Position numbers and translations under genes: made by a program. The notes beneath the pieces were generated by a model. The model ran no database searches and was not told the DNA's origin. It saw nothing but the letters and a program-made list of their open reading frames with translations. From contig CAWCPY010000017.1 of assembly GCA_963797385.1 (NCBI GenBank), positions 1,335 to 65,334 of the forward strand: a stretch of 64,000 bases of DNA, read 5' to 3'. Positions 55,007 through 64,000 of the stretch are shown here, piece after piece. Every line of letters begins with the position of its first letter. Position 1 is the first letter of the stretch. Source of the stretch: Terriglobia bacterium. Its GTDB lineage: Bacteria; Acidobacteriota; Terriglobia; Terriglobales; Acidobacteriaceae.

Positions 55007-55564
55007 CTACTTGTGTTTCTGACTGACCAGGCGCGGCTTCGTGACCGGGGCGAGGTCGCTCTTTACATAGCGGTAGAACCTGACTTGCCCGCGCTGCTTC
55101 CAATACTGGGCATCATAGGCATCGACGCCCGGCCCGCTGCGTAGCCGACTGAAGAAGAGGCGCTGCGCTGGATTGATCACGATACCCACATGTCCGGGCC
55201 AAACCACCATGTCCCCGGGTTGAGGATGTGTCACTCGCCGGAAGGCATCCATTCCATCGTAGAGATCTGACGAACTGGCGTAGGGATAAGGAAAACCGGC
55301 CTGGAGATAGATGGCGTGCACCAGGTGTGAACAATCCGGCTGCCGGGACGCCTTGACCCGCGCATCCAGCGCGGCAGCAATTACCGATAACCCGTCATCC
55401 GGGCTCAATGCGGCCCGCCTCGCGTGCCTGCTCGCTTTCTCGTGCTGGACCTGAGTAGTCGCATTCGAGCTCGGGGCCGGCAGGGTCTGTGCCTGCGCGA
55501 ACGACGGACTGAATGCAAGTCCGCACAGAGCTATCCCACCTGCGCTTTTCACGCTGAATCGCAT
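55007..55564 (-). CDS. NlpC/P60 (C40) family peptidase-like secreted protein
   Basis: Signal peptide, catalytic-type Cys (DCSHLVHAIY) and His (WPGHVGIVI). Confidence 0.65.
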   Translation of the reverse strand: MRFSVKSAGGIALCGLAFSPSFAQAQTLPAPSSNATTQVQHEKASRHARRAALSPDDGLSVIAAALDARVKASRQPDCSHLVHAIYLQAGFPYPYASSSDLYDGMDAFRRVTHPQPGDMVVWPGHVGIVINPAQRLFFSRLRSGPGVDAYDAQYWKQRGQVRFYRYVKSDLAPVTKPRLVSQKHK

Positions 55565-55644
55565 GGCTGGTATTTTGATGCGGAATCGACCGATGGCGGC
55601 AGGTTACGCAGGTACTAGGACATCCGCCGAGTAGGAGGTTAGCA

Positions 55645-55787
55645 GTGTGGGTCGGACACTCCCTTCGACCTCGGTCAGGGCAGGCTCTGTCCGACGCCTT
55701 TGAAGTTGATTTTGAGCTTCACAGGATGAAGAGTTTGCAAAACATTAAAGATCAAAAGCGGCGGGCGAGGGCGCCCGCCCCACACAC
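55645..55787. repeat. MITE-like element (chimeric termini)
   Basis: GTGTGGGTCGGACACTCC...GTCCGACGCCTTTGAAGTTGATTTTGAG ... AAAGATCAAAAGCGGCGGGCGAGGGCGCCCGCCCCACACAC. Confidence 0.75.
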
Positions 55788-55796
55788 GGACAATGA

Positions 55797-56663
55797 TTAC
55801 ACATCGCACAAATCCACGGCTTCGCGCAACGAGGTCAGCGGATCGCGCGTGGGCACGAACTCATGCGCCACGTAGCCCTGGTAGTTAGTGGCGGCAATCC
55901 CGCGCATTACGCCATCCCACTGCACTTCCTGGGTGCCGTCGAGTTCGTGGCGGCCGGGGACGCCGCCGGTATGGAAGTGAGCCAGCCACTGAATGTTCGC
56001 CTGGATGGTCGCGATGAGATCTCCTTCCATGATTTGCATATGGTAAATATCGTAGAGCAGCTTGACGTGCGGTGAGTTCACGGCCTGCACCACCTGCAAT
56101 CCCCACGCGGTGTGATCGCACATGTAGTCTTTGTGATTCACCTTGCTGTTCAGCAGCTCCATGCAGATGACGACGCCGTTGTCTTCGGCAATCTTCTTCA
56201 CCCGATTGAGACCGATGATGGCGTTCTTCGCGCCCTCTTCGTCCGACATGCCGGCGCGGTTGCCAGAAAAAGTGATCACGTTGGGCACGCCGGCCTTGGC
56301 TGCCAGGGGAATGTACTTGCGAAAACCTTCCTCGATGCTGGCGTGGTTCTCGACCCGGTTCAGGGCGTTGGGAATGTCACCGCCGCCGGCGTAGGCCATG
56401 CTGCACACCAGGCCATACGTCCGCGGCACTTCATATTCTTCCGGCTTGAGCAGGTCAACCGCCTTCAAGCCGATCTGGGCGGAGTAGGCACAGAGCTGGT
56501 CGAGCGGGATGTCTTTATAGCACCACCGGGATACCGACTGTTTGATCCGTCCCTTGCGCGGTACCGGCGGAGTTTTCTGCGACCACGCCATGGACGGAAC
56601 CGAGACCACCGCCGCGCCCGATAAGGCACCTTTCAGCAGGGTGCGACGCGATAGTTTGTCCAT
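55797..56663 (-). CDS. Tat-exported sugar phosphate isomerase/epimerase (xylose isomerase-like TIM barrel)
   Basis: Twin-arginine signal (MDKLSRRTLLKGALSGAAV) and a TIM-barrel-family pattern (...MELLNS...HFHTGG...). ORF-track start is 56711. Confidence 0.6.
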   Translation of the reverse strand: MDKLSRRTLLKGALSGAAVVSVPSMAWSQKTPPVPRKGRIKQSVSRWCYKDIPLDQLCAYSAQIGLKAVDLLKPEEYEVPRTYGLVCSMAYAGGGDIPNALNRVENHASIEEGFRKYIPLAAKAGVPNVITFSGNRAGMSDEEGAKNAIIGLNRVKKIAEDNGVVICMELLNSKVNHKDYMCDHTAWGLQVVQAVNSPHVKLLYDIYHMQIMEGDLIATIQANIQWLAHFHTGGVPGRHELDGTQEVQWDGVMRGIAATNYQGYVAHEFVPTRDPLTSLREAVDLCDV

Positions 56664-56737
56664 CAATAGCCTGTCCCCCGATAGTTTTGCCATAGACCGC
56701 AGAGTGTACATCTGAATGGAAAAAATGGGGAGACAAA

Positions 56738-56871
56738 CCGTTGCCCCGGGTCAGTTTGGAGACCATGAACCACGAAGGGCACGAAGGTACACGAAGGAAA
56801 CCCTGAAAAACAAAGCCTTCGTGATACTTCGTGTCCTTCGTGGTTTATGCACTTCCCGTGTCATATCACGA
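56738..56871. mobile_element. 134-bp MITE with long terminal inverted repeats and a flanking 12-bp direct repeat
   Basis: TIRs are GGGTCAGTTT...AACCACGAAGGGCACGAAGGTACACGAAGG and CCTTCGTGATACTTCGTGTCCTTCGTGGTT...AAACTGACCC. The direct repeat ACCGTTGCCCCG lies at 56727-56738 and 56875-56886. Confidence 0.75.
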
Positions 56872-56995
56872 AAACTGACCCACTACCGTTGCCCCGTTGC
56901 AGCCGCCCACTCCGGGGGACTAGACTTCCTTTTCACTCTGGCCGCGTCATGTCATCCAGGATTTGTGCGACCAGCGATCGGGGGACCTTGGTTCG

Positions 56996-57832
56996 ATGCC
57001 GCATTCGATAGCCAGTTCATCTGCGTCTAGATTCAGCGATTTCAAATTTAGCGAGTTCAAATTCAGAATCATCGTGCCGATCGTTGTGGCTTTGCTGGCC
57101 GGGTGCGCGTCCGTGACGGCGCAGACCAAGCCCGCCAGCACGGCGTCCCCGGCTGCGGTGGTGGAGCACGGCAAGACCCTGTTCGGCCAGAACTGCGCGT
57201 TTTGTCATGGCCGCGAAGGTTTCGGCGGCGAAAGTGGACCGAACCTGATGGATTCAGACCTGGTCGCGAGCGACGTGCGGGGCAATAAGATCGGCCCGGT
57301 CGTACGCAACGGACGCCGCGAAACCGGCATGCCGGCATTCAAGCTCTCTCTGCAGGAGATCACGGCGCTCTCCGCGTTTCTTCACGCGCAGAAACAAAGG
57401 GCTGACTCACATCCCGGGGGCCGGCGCGGTGTGTCGGTGGCCGACCTTCAAACCGGCAATGTCGAGGCTGGCAAGGAATATTTCAATGGCGCGGGGACCT
57501 GCTCGTCCTGCCATTCTCCCACTGGCGACCTGGCTGGGGTGGCCGGGCGTTACCGCGGACTGGAGCTTGAAAGGCGAATGCTCTATCCGCGCTTCGCCAA
57601 AGCGACGGTCACCGTCACAACGCCGTCCGGCCAGACTTTGTCCGGCGAGCTCTCCTATCAGGACGAGTTCACCATCGGGCTGACCGACGCGGCGGGATGG
57701 TATCAGTCCTGGCCCGCAGATTCGATCAAGTACACGATCCATGCCCCGGCGGAAGCTCATGCTGATTTGCTGCCAAAATACACGGACGACGATGTCCACA
57801 ACCTGATGGCGTACCTGCAGACCCTGCGCTAG
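56996..57832 (+). CDS. dihaem c-type cytochrome lipoprotein
   Basis: Two CxxCH motifs (CAFCH, CSSCH) and a lipobox-like LLAGC. The start is uncertain (ORF-track 56963). Confidence 0.75.
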   Translation: MPHSIASSSASRFSDFKFSEFKFRIIVPIVVALLAGCASVTAQTKPASTASPAAVVEHGKTLFGQNCAFCHGREGFGGESGPNLMDSDLVASDVRGNKIGPVVRNGRRETGMPAFKLSLQEITALSAFLHAQKQRADSHPGGRRGVSVADLQTGNVEAGKEYFNGAGTCSSCHSPTGDLAGVAGRYRGLELERRMLYPRFAKATVTVTTPSGQTLSGELSYQDEFTIGLTDAAGWYQSWPADSIKYTIHAPAEAHADLLPKYTDDDVHNLMAYLQTLR

Positions 57833-57844
57833 GAGCGAACCGGA

Positions 57845-59407
57845 TTGCGATCCATAAAGTATTTTCATAACGCCCTTCATCTTTTCGTGCTCATGCTGAC
57901 TCTTCTGTTGTCTGGCCGCCTGCTGGCGCAGGGTCTCGATCCGGCGACGATTGCAAATCCACCCGCCGACAGTTGGCCAAGCTATCATGGCGATTATTCC
58001 GGCAGGCGCCATAGTCCTCTGACCCAGATCACGCCGCAGAACGTTGGATCGCTGACCCTGGCCTGGGCGTTCCAGACCGGACAGCCAGCGGCCCTGAAGT
58101 CCTCGCCTCTTCTGGTCAATGGCATTCTTTACTTCACCGTGCCGGACAACGTCTGGGCAGTGGATGCGCGCTCCGGACATCAGATCTGGCATTACACCTA
58201 TCCGCCCAACAAGGGCCTCCACATCGGACATCGCGGCGTTGCCATGTACAAGGGCTGGTTGTATTTCACCACTCCGGATGCCCACCTCATTTCCCTGGAC
58301 GCCAAGAACGGCAAAGTCCGCTGGAACATCCAGATCGCCGATGTCGAAAAGGGCTATTGGTCCACCATGTCTCCGCTGGTGGTCCGCGATCACGTGATCG
58401 TCGGCGTTTCCGGTGATTTCGACAACCTGCCGGGATACCTGCGATCGATCGATCCCGAGACTGGGAAGACGCAGTGGCAGTGGGACGCAACGCCTCCGAT
58501 CACTACTAAGAACACGACCTCGGGAGGCATGACGTGGATGACGGGCACCTATGACCCGGAGTTGAACCTGGTCTATTGGGGAACGGGCAATCCGACGCCG
58601 GTGCTGAACGGCAAGACGCGGCCCGGCGACAACCTTTACACCTGCAGCATCGTGGCCCTCAATGCCGACACCGGGAAGCTGGCCTGGGCTTTCTCGGCCT
58701 CTCCGCATGACACTCACGACTGGGACGCGGTCGAAACCCCGGTGCTGGTCGATGCCGACTTCGGAGGACAACCGCGCAAGATGCTGATGCAGACATCCCG
58801 CAACGGCTACTTCTTCATCCTCGACCGGACCAACGGAAAGAGTCTTCTTACGTTGCCCTACGGGCCTGTGAACTGGACCCTGGGGGTGGATGGACAAGGG
58901 CGGCCGGTTCCCAACCCGGAAAAAGAACCGGCCCCGGACGGTCGCATAATCGCACCCGACGAAGGCGGCATGACCAACTACCGCTCGCCCAGTTTCGATC
59001 CCAAGACTGGATTGTTCATCGTTTCCGCTCACCCCAGCTGGTCGATCTACTTTGCCAAGCCCGCCGACGGTACGTACGGCTGGGCGGGAGCGGACTACAC
59101 CGTCTGGAGCAAAGGGGTGATCGAAGCCATCGACTACCGCACCGGCAAGATTCGTTGGACCCACGACGTGGGAAAAGACATTTTCGCGGGCGTGCTGACC
59201 ACCGACTCAGGATTGACTTTTACCGGCGACATCTCCGGCAACGTTCTCGCTCTCGATACCAGCACCGGCAAGACTCTATGGCACGCCGGAACCAGCGAAC
59301 GGATGGACACTTCCCCGATAACGTACGAACTGGACAAACGCCAATATGTTGTGACCGGCACCGGAGGCGTGATCTTCGCCTGGGCTCTGCCGGAAAGCGG
59401 ACAGTAA
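57845..59407 (+). CDS. PQQ-dependent dehydrogenase-like beta-propeller protein
   Basis: Signal peptide and quinoprotein propeller repeats (NGILYFTVPDNVWAVDARSGHQIW, GWLYFTTPDAHLISLDAKNGKVRW, ...). It lies directly downstream of a cytochrome c gene. Confidence 0.75.
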   Translation: MRSIKYFHNALHLFVLMLTLLLSGRLLAQGLDPATIANPPADSWPSYHGDYSGRRHSPLTQITPQNVGSLTLAWAFQTGQPAALKSSPLLVNGILYFTVPDNVWAVDARSGHQIWHYTYPPNKGLHIGHRGVAMYKGWLYFTTPDAHLISLDAKNGKVRWNIQIADVEKGYWSTMSPLVVRDHVIVGVSGDFDNLPGYLRSIDPETGKTQWQWDATPPITTKNTTSGGMTWMTGTYDPELNLVYWGTGNPTPVLNGKTRPGDNLYTCSIVALNADTGKLAWAFSASPHDTHDWDAVETPVLVDADFGGQPRKMLMQTSRNGYFFILDRTNGKSLLTLPYGPVNWTLGVDGQGRPVPNPEKEPAPDGRIIAPDEGGMTNYRSPSFDPKTGLFIVSAHPSWSIYFAKPADGTYGWAGADYTVWSKGVIEAIDYRTGKIRWTHDVGKDIFAGVLTTDSGLTFTGDISGNVLALDTSTGKTLWHAGTSERMDTSPITYELDKRQYVVTGTGGVIFAWALPESGQ

Positions 59408-59426
59408 GTTAACGGGAAAACTTACC

Positions 59427-59665
59427 GGTGCCCCATTCATTCGCATCTTTTGCGAATGAGTGGGGTGACTGGCGGGTGGGCCAGGGTTTTGACCCCTCTG
59501 GCACCATAAACATAGTGGTTGCCCCGTCCTTTGCGCACTTTGCAAAGGGCGGGGAGCTGGAACGCATACGCGACTGGGTTGCACAACAGGCGAAAGTTGT
59601 GTCGGCAGCATCGCGACCCGCCCTTGCAAAAAACGCAAGGACGGGGCATCCTCGGCACAGTTAGC
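59427..59665. repeat. composite hairpin repeat (CCCGTCCTTTGCG..TTGCAAAGGGCGGGG type)
   Basis: Hairpins CATTCGCATCTTTTGCGAATG, CCCCGTCCTTTGCGCACTTTGCAAAGGGCGGGG and CCCGCCCTTGCAAAAAACGCAAGGACGGGG. Confidence 0.65.
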
Positions 59666-59730
59666 GCGCACAGAATCATCTAAGGGTGGGCCCACCCGCC
59701 CTCGACCGGGTTCTTGTGACGGCCGGCATA

Positions 59731-59778
59731 GCGGAGCCCTGCTCCGCCGGACAGCCGAGGGCGGCTGTCCCCACGTGG
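59731..59778. repeat. half four-hairpin REP-like element
   Basis: GCGGAGCCCTGCTCCGC CGGACAGCCGAGGGCGGCTGTCCCCACGTGG. Confidence 0.8.
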
Positions 59779-59797
59779 TTCAGTACTGCACACGCTC

Positions 59798-60400
59798 TCA
59801 GTTCTTCAGCTTTTGCCGCTCGCACGCCTCCACGGTTTTCGTCGGATCGACCGCCTCATTGTCGACTTGTTCGTTGATGATCTTCCCTGATTTGTCGATG
59901 AGGAAGGTGGCGCGCCTGGCGGTTTCCATGGGAACACCCTGAATATCAAATTTCTGAGTGAGTCCATACCGGCTGGTGACCGGGCCTCCCCAGTCGCCGA
60001 GGATGGGAAAGCTGATTCCGTTTTGTTGCGCGAAAGCAAAGTTTGAGAAGGGACTGTCCATGCTCACACCCAGAACCTGGGTGTCTGCGCCCTCCAGCCT
60101 GGCGATGTTCTGCTGGAGAGCTTTCATTTCGCGGGTTCAACCCCCGGTGAAGGCGAAGACGAAGAATGCCAGGGCGACGCTTTTCTTCCCGCGGTAATCC
60201 TGCAACGATATTTTCTTCAGCTCCTTGCCATCGAAGGCCAGCAGAGTGAAATCCGGAGCCATGTCGCCCACCTTGAGTTTCATGGGCGCAGGCGCTTTTT
60301 CGTCCTTGTTCTGGGATTTATTTTGGGCCTGCAAGAATGAAGGCACCAACGCAAGGGTTAGAAGCCACAGACAGACAACATGTTTCCACGCTACTTTCAT
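59798..60400 (-). CDS. secreted AhpC/TSA-type peroxiredoxin with in-frame TGA at the peroxidatic position (candidate selenoprotein)
   Basis: ORFs 60137..60400 and 59798..60127 share one frame and are separated only by TGA (60137-60139) plus 3 codons. The joined sequence reads ...ALAFFVFAFTGG[TGA]TREMKAL...VLGVSMDSPFS...RRATFLID. Confidence 0.7.
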
Positions 60401-60454
60401 TGACAGACTCCTTGACCGCGGCCGCGTGAGCGGGGCGAAGAGAATGACGAAGCT

Positions 60455-60530
60455 TGGTGGGCCCTCCAGGATTTGAACCTGGGACCAATGGATTATGAGT
60501 CCACTGCTCTAACCGCTGAGCTAAGGGCCC
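60455..60530 (-). tRNA. tRNA with CAU anticodon (elongator type; resembles tRNA-Ile2/lysidine more than initiator)
   Basis: GGGCCCTTAGCTCAGCGGTTAGAGCAGTGGACTCATAATCCATTGGTCCCAGGTTCAAATCCTGGAGGGCCCACCA folds as a cloverleaf with a 7-bp acceptor (G1-C72 paired) and encoded CCA. The anticodon stem lacks the GGG/CCC typical of initiators. Confidence 0.85.
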
Positions 60531-60755
60531 GGAAAGACGCTGACTGCTTATCAGTTTCGCATAGGCCCCTGACAAGCACCAACTGCGCCACGGCCAAATT
60601 CCTGTAAGTGCGGCCTTAATCTCTGACGTCTCCGACCGGAAGTCAGCGCTCGGATGGTGCATTTGCCTGTTCTTTCGTTACTTTCGTACCGGGGCGCGGA
60701 ACATTATAAGAAGTTAAACTGTGGCGCTAGGTCGATACAGCCCAAGCGGTTGCGG

Positions 60756-61574
60756 ATGCATAACCAAACCGAAAGTGTTCTAGCCCGGGTCAGCCAACAA
60801 CTCTCGCAGCTTGAAAAGCGGGATGGAGAACTGTGGCTGATCGTGTCCCTCACCGGCCTGCTGGTCGGCGCCGGGCTGTGCGCAGTGCTCTTCCCCGCGG
60901 CTTTCCTCAAGCAAGGCAACATTCACTTTGAGTTGACCGTGTCGCGTCCCCTGGTGCTCGGGTTGGTGGTTTTGTTGACTTTGCTCAATACCTATCTGGT
61001 GTCGCGGCGCATGGAACTCCGCCGTCTCCGCGAAGAGCTGATTTCGCGGACCATTCAGCAGGAGCTGGTGCAGCAGCAGTCTTTCACCGATCCCTTGACC
61101 GAGATTTACAACCGCCAGTCGCTGGGAGAAATGGCTGGCCGGTTCATGTGTCATGCCCGGCGTTCCAGGAAGCCGCTCACCCTGATGCTGATCGATGTGG
61201 ACGGGTTCAAGGAGGTCAACACCCGCTTCGGCCATCTCACCGGCGATGTAGTCCTGGCCAACACAGCCGCCCTGCTGAAGCATTCCGTGCGCGGCTCGGA
61301 TGCCGTGTTTCGCTACGGCGGCGATGAGTTCCTGATCATTCTCGCGGACACTTCATGCACCGATGCCCGGCATGTGGTCGAAAGAGTTAGAAACGGTCTG
61401 GCGGAATGGAACCGCGCCGGACACCTGGAAAAATTTGAGCTGAGCCTCAGCATCGGAGTTGCAGAATGGGCGGAGGGTAAGACCCTGGACGACCTGCTCG
61501 ATGGCGCCGATCACCAGATGTACGCGGCCAAGGAAGGCAACAAACTGAGCAAGGGTAAAGCGGCTGGAGTCTGA
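60756..61574 (+). CDS. diguanylate cyclase (GGDEF) with two N-terminal TMs
   Basis: RYGGDEFLIIL active site and DPLTEIYNR. The start is taken at the internal ATG (MHNQTESV). ORF-track start is 60654. Confidence 0.8.
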   Translation: MHNQTESVLARVSQQLSQLEKRDGELWLIVSLTGLLVGAGLCAVLFPAAFLKQGNIHFELTVSRPLVLGLVVLLTLLNTYLVSRRMELRRLREELISRTIQQELVQQQSFTDPLTEIYNRQSLGEMAGRFMCHARRSRKPLTLMLIDVDGFKEVNTRFGHLTGDVVLANTAALLKHSVRGSDAVFRYGGDEFLIILADTSCTDARHVVERVRNGLAEWNRAGHLEKFELSLSIGVAEWAEGKTLDDLLDGADHQMYAAKEGNKLSKGKAAGV

Positions 61575-61603
61575 ACCTCTCGCACCAATTCCATACTTCT
61601 AAC

Positions 61604-61722
61604 TGTCACCCTGAGCGGAGCATTCGAAGGGCCCCTATAAGCTGACGAGAGTGCGGCGTAGCAGGGGTCCCTCGACTTGATCTCACCGCGCCAGCGCGGC
61701 TCGATCCGCGCTCGGGATGACA
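61604..61722. repeat. GTCACCCTGAGCG...GGGGTCCCTCGAC...CTCGGGATGACA-type repeat
   Basis: A degenerate relative of the units at 23306-23508 and 28158-28222. Confidence 0.65.
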
Positions 61723-61732
61723 TCTTCCATCC

Positions 61733-62452
61733 TTACATCAGCAGATCAGTGGCCCGCTGCGCCAGTGGGTGCTGCATTTCCTGCAGATCGTTTTTTACCC
61801 GGTTAAGGCCGTACACGCATTGTTCGAAGTTCTGCGAGAGGTTGGCGAACAGGGGCGCCACCTTGGCGTATTCGAAGTGCTCGAACTTGGAAACGATGTA
61901 GTAGCTTTCCTTGCCGGCCTTGATCCAGTCCACGAAATTTTCCATGCGGTTGCGGCGCAGGCGAAAGTGGTTGATGCTCTCGGGGAACATGCCGGTAAAG
62001 AAAAGGGTGTAGTCGCCGATATGTTTGCGCACCTGGCGCTCGCGGTCGAAGGATGGCGCGGGCCCGAAGACGGGATTCGATTCCACCAGCATCTCGCCCA
62101 CATCGGTGAGCGGCCGGCCCCCGGTGTTGCGGATCCTGAACAATTCTTCGGCGTCGCAAAATTCCGCCAGCAGGTGGGCGACGTAGTTCACGATCTGGGG
62201 ATCGCGCAGTCCGATCTCCTCCGCATAGTGCCGGCCCACGAGTTCGATGAACAACTGCTGCAAAGGATGCGATTCCGGAATCATTCTGGATCTCACCTCC
62301 TCCTGGAAAGCCCGAGTGGTGCGGGATTTCATCGGCACTTCGCTCGTCCTACTTAAACTCAGCTCCATGCCTAAAGGCAAGTGACTTTTGTAAGTCACCC
62401 AAATCGATATTTCATATTCACTTAGAACCCCGGGAAGGACGAAAGGTTTCAC
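61733..62452 (-). CDS. conserved-looking hypothetical protein
   Basis: Long ORF with balanced composition. No family recognised. The likely start is internal (62368 or 62332). Confidence 0.5.
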   Translation of the reverse strand: MKPFVLPGVLSEYEISIWVTYKSHLPLGMELSLSRTSEVPMKSRTTRAFQEEVRSRMIPESHPLQQLFIELVGRHYAEEIGLRDPQIVNYVAHLLAEFCDAEELFRIRNTGGRPLTDVGEMLVESNPVFGPAPSFDRERQVRKHIGDYTLFFTGMFPESINHFRLRRNRMENFVDWIKAGKESYYIVSKFEHFEYAKVAPLFANLSQNFEQCVYGLNRVKNDLQEMQHPLAQRATDLLM

Positions 62453-62535
62453 GTCTTCAATTGCTGGCAGACTGCGGCCTTGGCTGCCAGGTACTGGCTT
62501 TCACAGCTCCGGCTACAATGATTTACGGAGGCAAC

Positions 62536-62925
62536 ATGGAACGAACCAACATTTCCAGCGGCGCGCCCTGGGAGCCGATCGTAGGTTACTCTCGTGCGGT
62601 CAAGGTTGGCCCCTACGTGCACGTAGCCGGAACCACAGCCACGGGCCCGGACGGGAAGATCGTCGGCGTGGGCGATGTTCGCGCTCAGACCATCCAGACT
62701 CTAAAGAACATCGAGTCTGCCCTGCTGAAGGCGGGTGCGACGCTGAAAGATGTGGTGCGCACGCGCATGTTCGTGATCAACATTGCCGAATGGGAAAAAG
62801 TTGGCAAGGCGCATGGAGAGTTCTTCAGCGAAATTCGCCCGGCAACGTCGATGGTGCAGGTGAGCGCGCTGATCTCTCCGGAGATACTGGTAGAGATCGA
62901 AGCCGACGCTTTCATCGCGGGCTGA
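62536..62925 (+). CDS. RidA/YjgF family protein
   Basis: [18 protein letters not shown]...[29 protein letters not shown]...EIEADAF. SD GGAGG upstream of ATG 62536. Confidence 0.8.
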   Translation: MERTNISSGAPWEPIVGYSRAVKVGPYVHVAGTTATGPDGKIVGVGDVRAQTIQTLKNIESALLKAGATLKDVVRTRMFVINIAEWEKVGKAHGEFFSEIRPATSMVQVSALISPEILVEIEADAFIAG

Positions 62926-62943
62926 AGACCGTGTGGGTAAGAA

Positions 62944-63091
62944 CCACGTGGGGACAGCCGCCCCCGGCTGTCCGGCGGAGCAATGCTCCGCTATTCTGGT
63001 GAGGCAATGAATTTGTCAGGAATAAACTATCGGGCGATAGATTGTCGAGCTGCGCTCGACTGGACAGCCGGGGGCGGCTGTCCCCACGTGG
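62944..63091. repeat. four-hairpin REP-like element, full copy with long spacer
   Basis: CCACGTGGGGACAGCCGCCCCCGGCTGTCC GGCGGAGCAATGCTCCGC ... GTCGAGCTGCGCTCGAC TGGACAGCCGGGGGCGGCTGTCCCCACGTGG. Confidence 0.9.
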
Positions 63092-63166
63092 TTCTTCCGT
63101 TCGACACAGGCTCTGTTCCACATCAGCATGATGTATCATGCCCACCCGAACCCACGAGAGGTGGAT

Positions 63167-64000
63167 ATGCGCTATCTGCTCAGCCTGATGGCTACCGTTG
63201 CACTTGTTTTATCTGCGTCAGCCCAAACCACTCCGCCCCCGGCCGTCACCGTCATTCGCGCGGGCGTACTCATCGATGGCAAGTCCGACCAGCCCCGCCG
63301 CGACCAGGTGATTGTGATTCGCGGCAATCATATTGAAAGCGTCTCCGACGCTGCCTCGGCGAAAATTCCCGCGGACGCCACGATCATCGATCTCTCGCAT
63401 GCCACCGTGTTGCCCGGTCTGATCGATTCTCACACTCATATCTTCCTGCAGGGAGAAGACCCGGCACAGGGTGGGTACGACGCCAACATCCTGAGGTATC
63501 CGCTAGCCTTGCGGGCGGCGCGGGCAACGGTGGCGGCGCGGCGCGCACTGGAGCAGGGATTCACCACGCTGCGCGATGTGGAGACCGAAGGAGCGGGATA
63601 TGGCGACGTGGGAATCAAGGAGGCGATCGAAGGCGGCTACATTCCCGGGCCGCGTCTGTTCGTGGTTACCCGCGCTATCTCCACCACCGGCGGCTACAAC
63701 CTGGAGGGCTACGCGCCTGAGCTCGACATGCCCAAGGGCGCGCAGATCATCGACGGCCCGGTCGAGGCTCGCAAGGCGGCGCGCGAACAGCTTGACCACG
63801 GCGCTGACTGGATCAAGGTTTACATGACTCATCGCTCCTGGGTGGGAAAGCACGGTGAACTGGTCTCGCAGCCGACCCTCACCGTGGAAGAGCTGAAAGC
63901 AATCGTGGACGAAACCCACGGTTGGGGCAGAAAGGTGGCATGCCATGCCTACAACGGCATCGGCTTGCAGCGCGCCCTGGACGGCGGATGCGACTCCATC
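63167..64000 (+). CDS. secreted amidohydrolase family protein (3' end outside the window)
   Basis: Manual translation from ATG 63167: MRYLLSLMATVALVLSASAQ signal peptide, PGLIDSHTHIF metal-binding HxH, ...ADWIKVYMT. The frame stays open to the window end, so the ORF is absent from the ORF track. Confidence 0.75.
   Translation, partial: MRYLLSLMATVALVLSASAQTTPPPAVTVIRAGVLIDGKSDQPRRDQVIVIRGNHIESVSDAASAKIPADATIIDLSHATVLPGLIDSHTHIFLQGEDPAQGGYDANILRYPLALRAARATVAARRALEQGFTTLRDVETEGAGYGDVGIKEAIEGGYIPGPRLFVVTRAISTTGGYNLEGYAPELDMPKGAQIIDGPVEARKAAREQLDHGADWIKVYMTHRSWVGKHGELVSQPTLTVEELKAIVDETHGWGRKVACHAYNGIGLQRALDGGCDSI

Overview
This is a GC-rich bacterial chromosome segment around the replication origin. 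On the minus strand lie rpmH-rnpA-yidD-yidC-jag-mnmE. On the plus strand lie divergent dnaA-dnaN, separated by a spacer with DnaA-box-like sites and an AT-rich tract. gyrB (25.5 kb) and gyrA (35.6 kb) follow. Around them are housekeeping and envelope genes: hsp20-clpB, ruvB, ruvA, mscL, hpnH, a rhomboid, a CPBP protease, an SDR, the sulfate uptake operon sbp-cysTWA, a PQQ dehydrogenase with cytochrome c, yggX, HD-GYP, GGDEF and hybrid-kinase signalling proteins, a VapBC45-like toxin-antitoxin pair and one tRNA(CAU). I saw no rRNA, CRISPR array, transposase or prophage genes. The gene set and repeats look Acidobacteriota-like, but that is only an inference. Four things stand out. (1) A 29-codon ORF with 7 Cys codons plus a perfect intrinsic terminator sits in the leader of the sulfate-uptake operon, suggesting a cysteine attenuator. 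(2) A secreted peroxiredoxin has an in-frame TGA at the peroxidatic Cys position, followed by a SECIS-like hairpin, suggesting a selenoprotein. (3) Several families of structured REP/MITE-like palindromes fill most intergenic gaps. Their stems covary, and copies sit in-frame inside mnmE, gyrA and clpB. (4) Seven apparent single-base frameshifts affect four genes (EamA transporter, clpB, a phosphodiesterase paralogue with four, and a sulfatase). These may be assembly errors or real decay. All coordinates come from ORF-track arithmetic or manual counting. Repeat boundaries are accurate to about +/-2 nt.
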